Source of the DNA: an uncultured Planctomycetota bacterium
GTDB lineage: Bacteria; Planctomycetota; Planctomycetia; Isosphaerales; Isosphaeraceae
Direction: 5' to 3'
Assembly (NCBI GenBank): GCA_963737655.1
Contig: CAVTTN010000002.1
Coordinates: 64,001-128,000, forward strand
Length of the DNA: 64,000 nt
Below, piece by piece: positions 1-10,501 of the stretch. The notes beneath the pieces are model-generated. The model saw nothing but the letters and a program-made list of their open reading frames with translations, had not been told where the DNA came from and ran no database searches. Numbering within the stretch: position 1 is the stretch's first letter; the number at the start of each line of letters is the position of its first letter. The position numbers and the translations under genes are program-made.

Positions 1-1227
1 CGGGGTCGGGCCCTCCTCCGGGGACGATCCAGCCGAACGGCGGCTCCTCGGTCCCCTTGCGGATCTGCTCTCGGCCCATCGCGAGGTAGTCTCGTTGAAA
101 TCGGTCCTTGTAGCGGGCGGCGAGGGTCAGGATCGACGAGCGCACACGTCTTTTCATACGCCTCGATGTCCGCCAGCCGCCACCATCCGCCCGGCCAGGG
201 ATCGACGAAGTTGACCGCCGGGCGATGGTCGGAAAAACCCCGGGTCGCGCCTCGCAACTGGTCCCGTTCGAGGAAGATCGGCGACGCCGAGCTTCACGCT
301 GGCCGCCTCCGTGAGCACGGCGACGATGTTGTGTCGCTGAGGGGTCGTCCGGTTGCCGCCGTTCCACCAGTTGTCGTACATCGCGTTAGTGAGCACGCCT
401 TTCTTGCCCTCGGAGGCCAGGTCCGCCGCCATGTGGGCGCCGATCACGGCGATCGACTGGTTGATCCGGGGGTCCAGGTTCGGGTTGATCGGGTCGTAGA
501 ATGGCGGGACGAACAATCGGGCGCCTCGGGAGCCCATCTGGTGGACGTCGTAGGCGAGCGTGGGGAACCATTCCTTGTAGAGCAGATGAGTGAGGAGCTG
601 CGTTTCCTTCAGATTGAGCATGAACCAGTCGCGATTGGTGTCGTGCCCGGCATACTTGTGATACAGCCGAGCCAGCCCCTCGCCTTCCCACGGCTTGCCC
701 TTGGTGCGGTCGTACCACTCGGCCACGATGTCCACGCCGTCGGGGTTGGCCGAGGGGACGAGGATCAGGATGGTCCTGTCGAGGATTTCGCGGGTGGCCG
801 GGTCGTCCTTCGAGGCGAGGTGGTGGAGCAAGTCCATCGCCATGAAGGTGGAGGCGGTCTCGGTCGAGTGGATCGAGCAGGTGATCAGGACCACGGCCTT
901 GCTCTGGGCGATCAGGGCCTCGTCGTCGGGTTGGGGCGACGCGGACGGATCGGCGATCCGCCTCTGAAGCTTCTGAACTCGGTCGAGGTCGGCGATCGTC
1001 GAGGGGCTGGAGACGATCGCGGCGAGATACGGGCGGCCCTCGGTGGTCGGGCCCAGCTCCCGGACGACCACGCGATCCGAGGCGTCATCGACCCGATGGA
1101 AGTACTCGACGACCTTCGGCCAGCGGACGAGCTGGAAGTCGGCCGGAGGAGGCGGCGAGGGGACGTCGGCGGCGAGGGCAGGGCAGGGGAGGAGGCAGGC
1201 GAGGAGGAATGGGGCGAAGCGGTTCAT
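1..1227 (-). CDS. Secreted M14-family zinc carboxypeptidase; runs off the window start; apparent +1 frameshift near 288
   Basis: Signal peptide MNRFAPFLLACLLPCPALA. M14 motifs are present: HSTE (HxxE), NPDG, GHDTNRDWF, DVHQMG and TEAAS. After SVKL the homologous-looking sequence continues in another frame (ASPIFLERDQL...DPWPGGWWRLADI) to position 1. Confidence 0.85.
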
Positions 1228-1370
1228 GAAGACGGTCCGATCGGGTCGAGGAAGCTCCGGGCGTCCCCCCCACCTTACCGCGACGGCCCGCCCGATCGAA
1301 GGGTTTGACCGCACCGGATCGATCCGTAAAATGGATGTGGACGTACCCATCCCCGAGGAAGGAGTCCTCC

Positions 1371-2642
1371 ATGATCGCCCTCCATCGCGACGGCCCCCGA
1401 ATCCTTGGCCCCTTGCCCGGCCCCCGGGCGTCGGAGTGGCTCGAACGGGATTCGGCCGTGATGTCGCCGTCGTACACCAGGACGTATCCGCTGGTCGTCC
1501 GCCGGGCCCGGGGGGCGATGGTCGAGGACCTCGACGGCAACCGCTTCCTGGACTTCACCGCCGGGATCGCCGTGACGAACGTGGGGCATTGCCATCCGCT
1601 CGTCACGGCCGCGATCCGAAGGCAGGCCGGGCGGCTCGTCCACATGTCGGGCACCGATTTCTATTACACGCCCCAGGTGAAGCTGGCCGAGACGCTCGCC
1701 CGGCTCGCCCCGGGGGACTCGCCCAAGCGGGTCTTCTTCACGAATAGCGGCGCGGAGGCGATCGAGGCGGCCCTGAAGCTCTCCCGGCACCACACCGGGC
1801 GGCCTCGGGCGATGGCGTTCCTCCGGGCGTTTCACGGGCGGACCTACGGCGCGATGGCCCTGAGCGCCTCCAAGCCGATCCATCGCCGGGGGTTCGCCCC
1901 GCTCGTGCCCGAGGTCCAGCACGCCCGCTACGGCGACCTGGAGAGCGTCCGGACCCTCCTCAAGACGACCTGCCCGCCGGATGAGCTCGCCGCCATCTTC
2001 GTCGAGCCGATCCAGGGCGAGGGCGGCTACATCGTCCCCCCGGACGATTTCTTGCCCGGGCTCCGGCGGATCTGCGACGAGATCGGCGCCTTGCTCGTCC
2101 TCGACGAGATCCAGTCGGGCATCGGCCGGACCGGCCGGATGTTCGCCTCGGAACACTGGAACGTGGCGGCCGACATCGTTTGCCTGGCCAAGGGGATCGC
2201 CAATGGATTGCCGCTCGGGGCGATCGTGGCGAGGGCCGACGTGATGGACTGGCCTCCGGGGAGCCACGCCTCCACGTTCGGAGGCAACCCCGTGGCCTGC
2301 TCCGCCGCCAACGCGACGCTCCGGCTGGTCGAGAACAAATACATGGCCAACGCCCAGGCCCGGGGCGAGCAGCTCCGAGCCGGCCTGAGACGGATCGCCG
2401 AGGGGCGGCCGATGGTCCGGGACGTCCGCGGGCTCGGGCTGATGGTCGGGATGGAGATCGGCACCGACGACGGGCCCGATCCCGCCCTCCGGGACCGGAT
2501 CATCGACCAGGCGTTCGGCCTCGGCCTCCTCCTGCTGCCCTGCGGGCCGAGCACGGTCCGGTTTTGCCCTCCCCTGTGTTTGACGGCCCGGCAGGTTGCC
2601 ATCGGGCTTGACCTCGTCGCCCAGGCCGTGGACCTCTCCTGA
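1371..2642 (+). CDS. Class III PLP-dependent aminotransferase (GabT/ArgD/lysine 6-aminotransferase-like)
   Basis: Motifs FLDFTAGIAV, NSGAEA, FHGRT, EPIQGEGG, DEIQSGIGRTG, LAKG (PLP lysine) and HASTFGGNP. GGAG RBS before the ATG at 1371. Confidence 0.92.
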   Translation: MIALHRDGPRILGPLPGPRASEWLERDSAVMSPSYTRTYPLVVRRARGAMVEDLDGNRFLDFTAGIAVTNVGHCHPLVTAAIRRQAGRLVHMSGTDFYYTPQVKLAETLARLAPGDSPKRVFFTNSGAEAIEAALKLSRHHTGRPRAMAFLRAFHGRTYGAMALSASKPIHRRGFAPLVPEVQHARYGDLESVRTLLKTTCPPDELAAIFVEPIQGEGGYIVPPDDFLPGLRRICDEIGALLVLDEIQSGIGRTGRMFASEHWNVAADIVCLAKGIANGLPLGAIVARADVMDWPPGSHASTFGGNPVACSAANATLRLVENKYMANAQARGEQLRAGLRRIAEGRPMVRDVRGLGLMVGMEIGTDDGPDPALRDRIIDQAFGLGLLLLPCGPSTVRFCPPLCLTARQVAIGLDLVAQAVDLS

Positions 2643-2664
2643 ACCACGGAAGGACGCCCGATCC

Positions 2665-4065
2665 ATGACCGCCATCGCCGAGACGCCGACGTTCGACTGG
2701 AAGCGATTCCCCGAGGCCGAGGCCCTGGTCGATTCGCTCCTCCGGACGGCCCTCGACGGCAACGACTTCCTCGCCTCGCTCTCGACGACGATGGCCGACC
2801 AGACCAGCACGAGGCTGGTGGATTGGGTCGATCACCTGGTCGTGACCGACCGGCCGGGCCTGAACCTTCGGGTGATGGATGCCGAGTTCGTCCGGGAGAA
2901 ACTCGCGTACACCCTCGGCGCGACGGTCTACGTCCACGACGGCGGGATGTTCCCGACGATCGTCGTGCAGTCGGGGTCCGGCCCCGAGGTCCGCGAGGTG
3001 GCGTTGAAGGTCGAGTCGATCGCCGAGTTTTCCCGGGCCCACGACCTGGGACTGCGGCCCGAGGGCTATCCTCTGGGGCCGTATCGGATCGCCCGGGTCG
3101 AGGGAGGCCCGACGGCGGTTTCCGTGGTCGAGAGGCGAGGCTATCGCGGGTTCGAGGCGTTCCCGGGCGACCTGGCGAGGGAAGGGCGGATGGCCCCTCA
3201 CGCCGCCCGGGAGGCCCTGGAAGCTCGCGACCTGTGGCTCGGCCGTCGCCGGGCGTTCGACGACGATCGGCAGGGCTTCGACGTCGCCGACTCGGCGCTC
3301 GATCGGATGATCGAACTGGTCGGGCCCGATCTCGCATGCCACCTGGTGTTCGAGGTCGAGAGGGCGTACTGGGAAAGCCGCAACCGGGCCGCCCGGGTCC
3401 AGAAAGCCCGCCAGGACCGCCTCGGCCTGGGCTGGGCCAACCACGACCACCACACCTTCCGCAGCTCCCGGCGGTTCTTCCCGCGATTGATCGCCATGTT
3501 CGAACGGCTCGGCTTCCTGCTCCGCGAACGCTACCACGCCGGCGCCCAGGCCGGCTGGGGCGCGCAGATCCTCGAGCATCCCCGGGCCGGGATCGTGATC
3601 TTCGCCGACCTCGACCTCGCCCCCGACGAGGCCGGGCACGACTTCGCCCACGACCCCTTGCCCGACCTGCCTCGGCCCAACACCGTGGGCCTCTGGGTCG
3701 GCCTTCATGGCGAATCGATCCTCGGGGCCGGGATGCATCACCTGGAAGCGCAGTTCGATTTCGACGCCCTCCGCGACGACTTGCAGGCGGAAGCCGGCAT
3801 CGAGACCATGAAGCCGTTCTCCGACTTCCCGTTCCTCCGCCAGGCGTTCACCGCCGGGGAGCGCTGGCCCGTGGACCCGAAGCGGGCCGATCGATTGTTC
3901 CAGCTCGGGTGGATCGACGAGGCCCAGCACGCCCGGTTCCTGGCCGAAGGGGCGATCGGGAGCCACCTGGAAAACCTGCAACGAGCCGAGGGCTACAAGG
4001 GGTTCAATCAGAAATCCGTGAGCGCGATCCTCCGGGCCACGGACCCCCGAGCCGTCGACCATTGA
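2665..4065 (+). CDS. Uncharacterised VOC-superfamily metalloenzyme (HglS/DUF1338- or HPPD-like C-terminal half)
   Basis: 466-aa ORF 22 bp downstream of the aminotransferase. Motifs NHDHHTFRS, GMHHLE and HLENLQR...GFNQKSVSAI resemble the His/His/Glu triad and C-terminal helix of VOC Fe(II) dioxygenases. Confidence 0.7.
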   Translation: MTAIAETPTFDWKRFPEAEALVDSLLRTALDGNDFLASLSTTMADQTSTRLVDWVDHLVVTDRPGLNLRVMDAEFVREKLAYTLGATVYVHDGGMFPTIVVQSGSGPEVREVALKVESIAEFSRAHDLGLRPEGYPLGPYRIARVEGGPTAVSVVERRGYRGFEAFPGDLAREGRMAPHAAREALEARDLWLGRRRAFDDDRQGFDVADSALDRMIELVGPDLACHLVFEVERAYWESRNRAARVQKARQDRLGLGWANHDHHTFRSSRRFFPRLIAMFERLGFLLRERYHAGAQAGWGAQILEHPRAGIVIFADLDLAPDEAGHDFAHDPLPDLPRPNTVGLWVGLHGESILGAGMHHLEAQFDFDALRDDLQAEAGIETMKPFSDFPFLRQAFTAGERWPVDPKRADRLFQLGWIDEAQHARFLAEGAIGSHLENLQRAEGYKGFNQKSVSAILRATDPRAVDH

Positions 4066-4174
4066 GGGCCACGGACGGAACTCGCGCCGCCCGGGACGAG
4101 TCCAAGGAGCGGCCCGGAGGCCCGATCGCGGCGCTTCGAGACGCCGGGCCCTCCCCGTCCCGTCCCTGGGGAAC

Positions 4175-4202
4175 TTGACAAGGAAGGAGGGCGGGGTAAG
4201 CT
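4175..4202 (+). promoter_or_regulatory. Putative sigma70-type promoter
   Basis: TTGACA (4175-4180), 16-bp spacer, then TAAGCT, upstream of the 4345 gene. Confidence 0.45.
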
Positions 4203-4344
4203 CTTGGAAGACCTTTTCTCGGGCGGGTGGTCCGTGGTCCTTCATGCCGCCTCGCCGTTTCGCATCCACGACGACCCGTTTTCCCGGACCGGCCCGAGCT
4301 TCCGAGACGGCCCGATCCCGGGGATTAATGGAAGGTCCGAGCTT

Positions 4345-5828
4345 ATGTTGAAGGCGATCTCCCCGCGACGTCCTCGCGGACTCTCGTGGGTCGTCCTGGC
4401 GATCGTCGGCCTGGCCGTGGTCGCGATGGCGACCCGGCGATCTTCCGCCCAGGATGCCCCGCCGAAGGGGAGTTCGGCCGGCTCGTCCGGATCGGCCAAG
4501 GGAGACGAGAAGCGCAAGGACGACGCCGAGACTCCCGAGGTCGCCAAGAAGGCCGACGTCCACGCCAAGGAATCCCCCGAGTCCCAGGACCGCTACGAGG
4601 ATCCCCGGGCCGAGGCCGCCCTCAAGAACAACTTCCCCGAGATGACCGGCTCCGCCGCGTCCCTGAGCGCCGCCGACCGCGCCGCCATCGAGGCGATGGC
4701 CGAGGGCAAGGGCAACGTGGACCTCGGCGCGATCGATCGCTACGTCCGCGCCTACACCGCCGAGCTGACCAAGCGCGCCAACATCAAGGCCCTGGAAGAC
4801 ATCGGGGCAGGCAACGCCAACGCCGTCAAGGCGATGGACCTCGCCTCCTCGGCGCTGATCAAGCCGCTCGTGCCCGAGGTGACCGGGCGGAATACGAACT
4901 TCCGGAACCGGTACGTCGGCAAGCTGATCGAGGTGTTCTCCAAGCTCTGGAAGGCGAACTACTTCACCCGGACGTTCGCCATGACCGTCCTCAGCCGGTC
5001 GGGCGACCCCCAGGCGATGCGGGTCTTCTCCGATCAGTTGAACGACCCGGACCAGGTCCTGATCGTCAAGCAGCTCGCGGCCGTGGGGATCCTCTTCTCG
5101 ACCCAGGAGGGCCGCAAGAGCGTCGACAGCCGGGACTCGATCGGCGGCGCCAAGGCGCTGGCGGACTTCCTGGAACGAGAGACCGACGCCTTCTGGCTGA
5201 CCAAGGCCCGGGCCCTCCGCGCCTGGGCTCGCTCCGCATGGCCACGGCCGTCCCCCTGGGCAACAAGGCCGAGTTCGCCGACACGGCCATGAAATTCCTG
5301 GTCGATGGCAAGCTCCCGCCCGACGTCCGGTCGGCGGCGGCCTGGGCCCTGGGCATGATGGTCGTGCCGAACTCCGTGAGGGACTTCAATTACCCCCTGG
5401 TCGCCTATGCCGCCGGGCTGGCCGCGGCGGACCTCGGCGATCGGATCATCGCGGTCCCGGACAAGGCGATCCTCCGGGTCACGAGGCTGACCGAGCTCCT
5501 GATCCAGATCCATCTGGCCTTCAACGGCCAGCCGGGCGTCCGCGAATCCGGCCTCCTGCACCAGGCCAATCCCGCCGCGGCGTCCGCCCAGGGGTACGTG
5601 GCCGAGGTGGAGAAGCGCGTCCGGGCCCTGACTCGCGCCTCGCTCGCCCTCGGGCAGACCGTCGGGACGAACATCCCCAAGGCCCGCAAGGAGGTCGTCG
5701 CGGCCGTGGATGATCTCCGGTCGTTCCTCGCGAAGCCCCCGACCGGAGCCCGGACTCTCTACTCCGGCGGCCCGGAATCCCCCGAGCCGACGTTGCCGGC
5801 AAAGGTCGCCCCCAGTGCCCGCCCCTGA
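4345..5828 (+). CDS. Exported/membrane-anchored HEAT-repeat-like hypothetical protein; apparent frameshift at ~5222
   Basis: N-terminal hydrophobic segment and helical repeats (AMTVLSRSGDP, RSAAAWALGMM). Adding one C in gcctgg joins the two ORFs to read RALRALGSLRMA. Confidence 0.7.
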
Positions 5829-5856
5829 TCGCCCGGACCGCGCCGGCCCGGCCATC

Positions 5857-6696
5857 GTGCCCGTCCCGGAGGTCCGCGATTACGACCGGATCAATCCGGA
5901 GCTGATCGCGCTCCTGAACTCCGGGGCCGACCACGTCCGGCTTGCCGGAGTCGGCGGCCAGAGGCTCCTCCTGGCCGGCTTGCGAGGGACCTGGGTGGCG
6001 ACCGTGGAGGTCGAAGGGGACGCCGGGCCCGAACTCGCGGCCGAACTCGACGCGCCCGGCCTCCTCGTGATCGTCTCCGGCTCGACCGCGGACGGGGCAG
6101 GGCGGGGCCTGCGAGACAGCCGGTTGCTGATCCTGGGAGACGCCGGCCCCGCCGTCGGATCGGGTCAAACCGGAGGGACGATCGTCGTCGCCGGACGGAC
6201 CTCGGATCGCGCCGGCCTCCGCCAGGCCGGCGGAATCCTGGTCCTCGGAGGCCCGGTCGGGCGATTGGCCGGCGAACGGCAGGGCGGAGGGCGGCTGATC
6301 CACCGCCCCGGTTCGCTCGGCCCCGATGCCGGACTCGGCCGATCGGGCGGTCGTGCCCTGACGCCTCCGAGGCTCGACGGCCAGGACGCGGCGATCCTCG
6401 ACGAGGCCGTCGGCCCCCTCGATCCCTGGCTCCCGGACTCCCTCCGATCACTCCTGGGCGCTCGCCCCGGCCCGATCCGGGGGCCGGGCCATGAACCGAT
6501 TCGGACGATGGGCGGCCCTGGTCGTCGTGCCGTGGCTCGCCGGATGCGGACGCGCCTTCGGGCCCGAGCCGATGAGGACCGCCACGATCTCCGGCCGGGT
6601 CCTGATCGACGGCAAGCCCCTGACCCGGGGCTGGCTGGAGATGATGCCGGCCGACGGCACGATCGGCCTCCTCCGCTCCGCCCCGATCGGGCGTGA
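5857..6696 (+). CDS. Stand-alone GXGXG beta-helix protein (glutamate synthase large-subunit C-terminal domain / FwdC-like); true 3' end uncertain
   Basis: Repeated Gly-rich beta-helix units (VEGDAGPELAA, ILGDAGPAVG, GGTIVVAG, GGILVLGG). The ORF runs ~200 bp into the next gene, so the real stop may be near 6480. Confidence 0.7.
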   Translation: MPVPEVRDYDRINPELIALLNSGADHVRLAGVGGQRLLLAGLRGTWVATVEVEGDAGPELAAELDAPGLLVIVSGSTADGAGRGLRDSRLLILGDAGPAVGSGQTGGTIVVAGRTSDRAGLRQAGGILVLGGPVGRLAGERQGGGRLIHRPGSLGPDAGLGRSGGRALTPPRLDGQDAAILDEAVGPLDPWLPDSLRSLLGARPGPIRGPGHEPIRTMGGPGRRAVARRMRTRLRARADEDRHDLRPGPDRRQAPDPGLAGDDAGRRHDRPPPLRPDRA

Positions 6697-6916
6697 CGGT
6701 TCCTTCCGGATCGACCGAGTGCCGGTCGGGACGGTCGCGATCCGATTCGCGGGGCCTCCGATCCCGGGCACCGGCCTCCCCCGGATCGATCGGTTCCTGT
6801 TCGAGATCCGCCGGAGCCCCCTGATCCGTCGGACGATCGGGCCCGAGGGAGGCCCGATGAACCTGGACATCCTCGACGAGGCCCGGGAATTCACGGCAAA
6901 ATATCCGTCGTTCTGA
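6491..6916 (+). CDS. Putative lipoprotein with carboxypeptidase-regulatory-like (prealbumin-fold) domain
   Basis: Lipobox WLAGC, followed by ISGRVLIDGKPL...IGRDGSFRI, typical of this planctomycete-expanded family. Confidence 0.75.
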   Translation: MNRFGRWAALVVVPWLAGCGRAFGPEPMRTATISGRVLIDGKPLTRGWLEMMPADGTIGLLRSAPIGRDGSFRIDRVPVGTVAIRFAGPPIPGTGLPRIDRFLFEIRRSPLIRRTIGPEGGPMNLDILDEAREFTAKYPSF

Positions 6917-6940
6917 GTGGAGACTCCCCGGAGGCCCGCG

Positions 6941-7981
6941 ATGGCGACCGCCGAGACCACGGAACTCGCCGCCGAGTCGGTCGGGCCCCGATTCCGCGTC
7001 TTTCATCGGTCGGCCGACGGCACGATCGATCCCCTCTGGCCCGTGGATCGGATCGGCGAGGCGATCGCCGATCCAGGGGCCACCGTCTGGATCGACATCG
7101 ACGGGCCCGAGGCGGACGTCCCCCGAGTCGAGGCCCTGTTCCGGGACGTCTTCGCCTTCCACCCCCTGGCGATCGAGGACGCCATCCGGGAAACCCACGT
7201 CCCGAAGCTGGATGACTGGGGCCGCTACCTCTACCTGGTCTTCAAGGCGATCGACCCCGGTCCCGAGGCCGGCGAGCCGGTCCTCCGGGAACTCGACGTC
7301 TTCCTCGGGACCAACTATCTCGTGACCTGCCACTCGGGCCCGATCGAGGCCATCGAGAGCGTGACCCGCCAGGTCGGCCGCGACCCCGACCGCTTCTCCC
7401 GGGGGCCGGACCACGTCCTCTATCACATCCTCGACGAATCGGTGGACGCGTACCTGACGGCCATCGAGCGGCTGGACGAGGCGATCGACGAGGCCCAGGA
7501 GGAAGTCTTCAACCAGCCCTCGCCCCGGACCCTCCAGACGATCTTCGCCGTGAAGAGGGCCGCCCTCAAGATCCACCGGATGATCTCGCCGACCCGCGAG
7601 GTCGTCAACCGGCTCGCCCGGGACGCCTATTCGCAGATCGACGCCCCGGACCGCGTCTATTTCCGGGACGTCTACGATCACCTGGTCCGGCTCCACGACA
7701 TCACCGAGGGCCTCCGCGACCTGATCTCCGGGGCCCTGGATACCTACCTGTCGGCGATCTCGAACCGGACCAACGAGATCATGAAGACGCTGACTCTCGT
7801 GACGGTCATGTTCCTGCCGATGTCGTTCCTGGCGGGGTTCTTCGGGATGAACTTCTTCGGGGAGAACCTCGCCCTGCCCGGATCGCTGCCGAGAGGCGCG
7901 GTGTTCTGGGGATCGTGCCTGCTGATGCTCGCGACGCCTCCCGGCCTGTGGATCTGGGCCCGGCGACGGGGCTGGTTCTGA
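6941..7981 (+). CDS. corA: Magnesium/cobalt transporter CorA
   Basis: FHPLAIED, PKLD, YFRDVYDHL, NEIMKTLT and the GMN signature (FFGMNF), with two C-terminal TM helices. Confidence 0.95.
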   Translation: MATAETTELAAESVGPRFRVFHRSADGTIDPLWPVDRIGEAIADPGATVWIDIDGPEADVPRVEALFRDVFAFHPLAIEDAIRETHVPKLDDWGRYLYLVFKAIDPGPEAGEPVLRELDVFLGTNYLVTCHSGPIEAIESVTRQVGRDPDRFSRGPDHVLYHILDESVDAYLTAIERLDEAIDEAQEEVFNQPSPRTLQTIFAVKRAALKIHRMISPTREVVNRLARDAYSQIDAPDRVYFRDVYDHLVRLHDITEGLRDLISGALDTYLSAISNRTNEIMKTLTLVTVMFLPMSFLAGFFGMNFFGENLALPGSLPRGAVFWGSCLLMLATPPGLWIWARRRGWF

Positions 7982-8090
7982 CCGGGCCCGGTCGGGTCCG
8001 AAACCCGCGGTCCGGCCGATCTCGGGGTAGAATGGATCGATCTCCGTTTTTGGCCCGCCCCGGGGCCGCCCCCTTCCTCGGAGGTCGCAG

Positions 8091-9857
8091 TTGACCGCGT
8101 CCTGGCGAGTCCTCCCCCACGATCGGGACCGCGTCGAGGCCCTGAGCCGGGCGGCCGGGGTGCCTCCTCTCGTGGCGATCCTCCTGATCCACCGGGGCGT
8201 GACGGACGCGGAGTCCGCCCGGGTCTTCCTCGGGGCCCGGAGGGACAGCCTGCACGATCCGGCCCTCCTGCCCGGGGCGGTCGAGGCGGCCGAAAGGATC
8301 GTCCGGGCGATCCGGGACGGCCGGAAGATCGTGATCTATGGCGATTATGACGTCGATGGCGTCTGCGGGACGAGCGTCCTCTGGGCCTGCCTGAAGCTGG
8401 CCGGCGCGAGGGACGTCGAGTATTACATCCCCCACCGGGTCGAGGAGGGATACGGCGTCAATTCCCGGGCGATCCGCCATCTCGTCGAGGAGAGGCGGGC
8501 CGGCTTGATCGTCACGGTCGATTGCGGGATCACGGCCGTCGAGGAAGCCCTTCTGGCCCGCGAGCTCGGCGTCGAATTGATCGTGACCGACCACCACACC
8601 CCGGGCTCGACCTGGCCCGAGGCCGATGCCCTGGTCCATCCGCTCGCGCCGGGCGCGGCGTACCCGTTCCCGGAGCTTTGCGGGGCGGGCGTGGCGTTCA
8701 AGCTGGCGTGGCAGGTGTGCAAGTCGTTCGGCGACGGCAAGAAGGCGTCGCCCCACCTCCGGGATTTCCTCCTCCGGGCGATCAACCTCGTGGCGCTGGC
8801 CACCGTCGCCGACATGGTGCCGCTCGAAGGCGAAAACCGGATCTTCGTCCGCCACGGCCTCAAGGGGATCGCCGTCGATGATTCGGTCGGCCTGAAGGCG
8901 CTGCTCCAGGTCTCGGGCCTCCTGGGCAAGGACCGTTTGAACTCCGGCAACGTGGCGTTCGCCCTGGGCCCGCGGATCAACGCGGCGGGTCGGCTCCAGT
9001 ATGCGATGAAGGCGGTCGAGCTGCTGACGACCGACGACGCCTCCGAGGCGATGGAGATCGCCCGGGTCCTGGACGACTGCAACCGCGAGCGCCAGGACGT
9101 GGAGCGCACGATCGTCGTCGAGGCGAAGGCGATGGTGGAAGAATCCGGCGGCCTGGGCGATCGCGGCGCGGTCGTCGTCGGCAAGGCGGGCTGGCATCCC
9201 GGGGTGATCGGGATCGTGGCGTCCCGCCTCGTCGAGACCTACCACCGCCCGGCGATCGTCGTGGCGATCGGCGAGGAGATCGGCCAGGGTTCGGCCCGAT
9301 CGGTCCCGGGCTTCCACCTGTACGACGCCCTGAAGGCCTGCTCCGACGGCCTGGCGTCGTTCGGAGGCCACCGGATGGCCGCCGGCCTGAAGATCGCTCC
9401 GGGGTTCCTCGCCGAATTCGCCGACCGCTTCGACCGGCACTGCCGATCCGCCCTGACTCCCGAGCTCCGGCGCAAGGAATTGCTCATCGACGCGGAAATC
9501 CCGTTCGGAAGCTTGACGCTGCCGGTCGTCGAGGCGCTGGAAGACCTGGAGCCGTTCGGCATCGGCAACGCGAGGCCGCTCTTGCTCGCCTCCGACGCCC
9601 GGCTCGTGGGCGACCCCAGGGTCATGGGCGAGAAGAAGAACCACCTCCAGCTGAGGATCGCGCAGGGAGAGACCACCATCCGGGCGGTCTGGTGGAATGG
9701 AGCGGCGAAGGCCGAAGGGTACAAGGCCGGCATGCCCTGTGCTGTGGTGTTCACGCCGAGCGTGAACGAATGGAACGGCCGCCGCGAAGTCCAGCTCGAA
9801 GTCAAGGACTTCCAGGCCCGGGATGGCCGGGAGCTTCCCCATGCCCGCCCCGCCTGA
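8091..9857 (+). CDS. recJ: Single-stranded-DNA-specific exonuclease RecJ
   Basis: DHH family motifs GDYDVDG, TVDCG, TDHH, ATVADMVPL, PRINAAGR, GSARS, GGHRMAAG and EPFGIGN. Confidence 0.96.
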   Translation: MTASWRVLPHDRDRVEALSRAAGVPPLVAILLIHRGVTDAESARVFLGARRDSLHDPALLPGAVEAAERIVRAIRDGRKIVIYGDYDVDGVCGTSVLWACLKLAGARDVEYYIPHRVEEGYGVNSRAIRHLVEERRAGLIVTVDCGITAVEEALLARELGVELIVTDHHTPGSTWPEADALVHPLAPGAAYPFPELCGAGVAFKLAWQVCKSFGDGKKASPHLRDFLLRAINLVALATVADMVPLEGENRIFVRHGLKGIAVDDSVGLKALLQVSGLLGKDRLNSGNVAFALGPRINAAGRLQYAMKAVELLTTDDASEAMEIARVLDDCNRERQDVERTIVVEAKAMVEESGGLGDRGAVVVGKAGWHPGVIGIVASRLVETYHRPAIVVAIGEEIGQGSARSVPGFHLYDALKACSDGLASFGGHRMAAGLKIAPGFLAEFADRFDRHCRSALTPELRRKELLIDAEIPFGSLTLPVVEALEDLEPFGIGNARPLLLASDARLVGDPRVMGEKKNHLQLRIAQGETTIRAVWWNGAAKAEGYKAGMPCAVVFTPSVNEWNGRREVQLEVKDFQARDGRELPHARPA

Positions 9858-10491
9858 TCCGTCTCCGGGAGCCGAGATCGCCCGACAGGTCCGGGACCGG
9901 GGCGTGACCAACGCCCGGGTCCTCTCCGCGATCGCCCGGTTCGATCGCAGTCGGTTCATCCCGCCCGAATCGCGGTCCGAGGCCCTGGCCGATCGCGCCG
10001 TGCCGATCGGGATGGACCAGACCATCAGCCAGCCGTTCATGGTCGGCAAGATGACCGAGGAGCTGGACCTCCGGCCGACCGACCGCGTCCTGGAAGTCGG
10101 CACGGGCAGCGGCTATCAGGCGGCGATCCTCTCGGCGATGGCCCGGGAGGTCGTCACGATCGAGAGGCTGACGACCCTTTCGCTCCGGGCCCGGTCGATC
10201 CTGGACGGCCTGGGGATCACCAACGTCCGATTCGCGATCGGGGACGGCTCGCTCGGCCTGCCGGAGTTCGCCCCGTATGACCGAATCCTCGTCACGGCCG
10301 GGGCGCCGGGGATTCCGGCGGCCCTGTTCGAACAACTCGCCGATGGCGGCCGGCTCGTCGCGCCGATCGGCGACGAGCACACCCAGCAACTCACCGTCGT
10401 CCGCAAGAAGAAGGGGAAGCCCCTGATTCGCACCTTCTTCCCCTGCCGGTTCGTCAAGCTGATCGGCGAGGAAGCGTGGCCGGAGCCTTGA
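9841..10491 (+). CDS. pcm: Protein-L-isoaspartate O-methyltransferase
   Basis: QTISQP, VLEVGTGSGYQAA, GDGSLG, APYDRILVTA and RFVKLIG; overlaps the recJ end. Confidence 0.95.
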   Translation: MPAPPDPSPGAEIARQVRDRGVTNARVLSAIARFDRSRFIPPESRSEALADRAVPIGMDQTISQPFMVGKMTEELDLRPTDRVLEVGTGSGYQAAILSAMAREVVTIERLTTLSLRARSILDGLGITNVRFAIGDGSLGLPEFAPYDRILVTAGAPGIPAALFEQLADGGRLVAPIGDEHTQQLTVVRKKKGKPLIRTFFPCRFVKLIGEEAWPEP

Positions 10492-10501
10492 GCCGAGCGG
10501 A

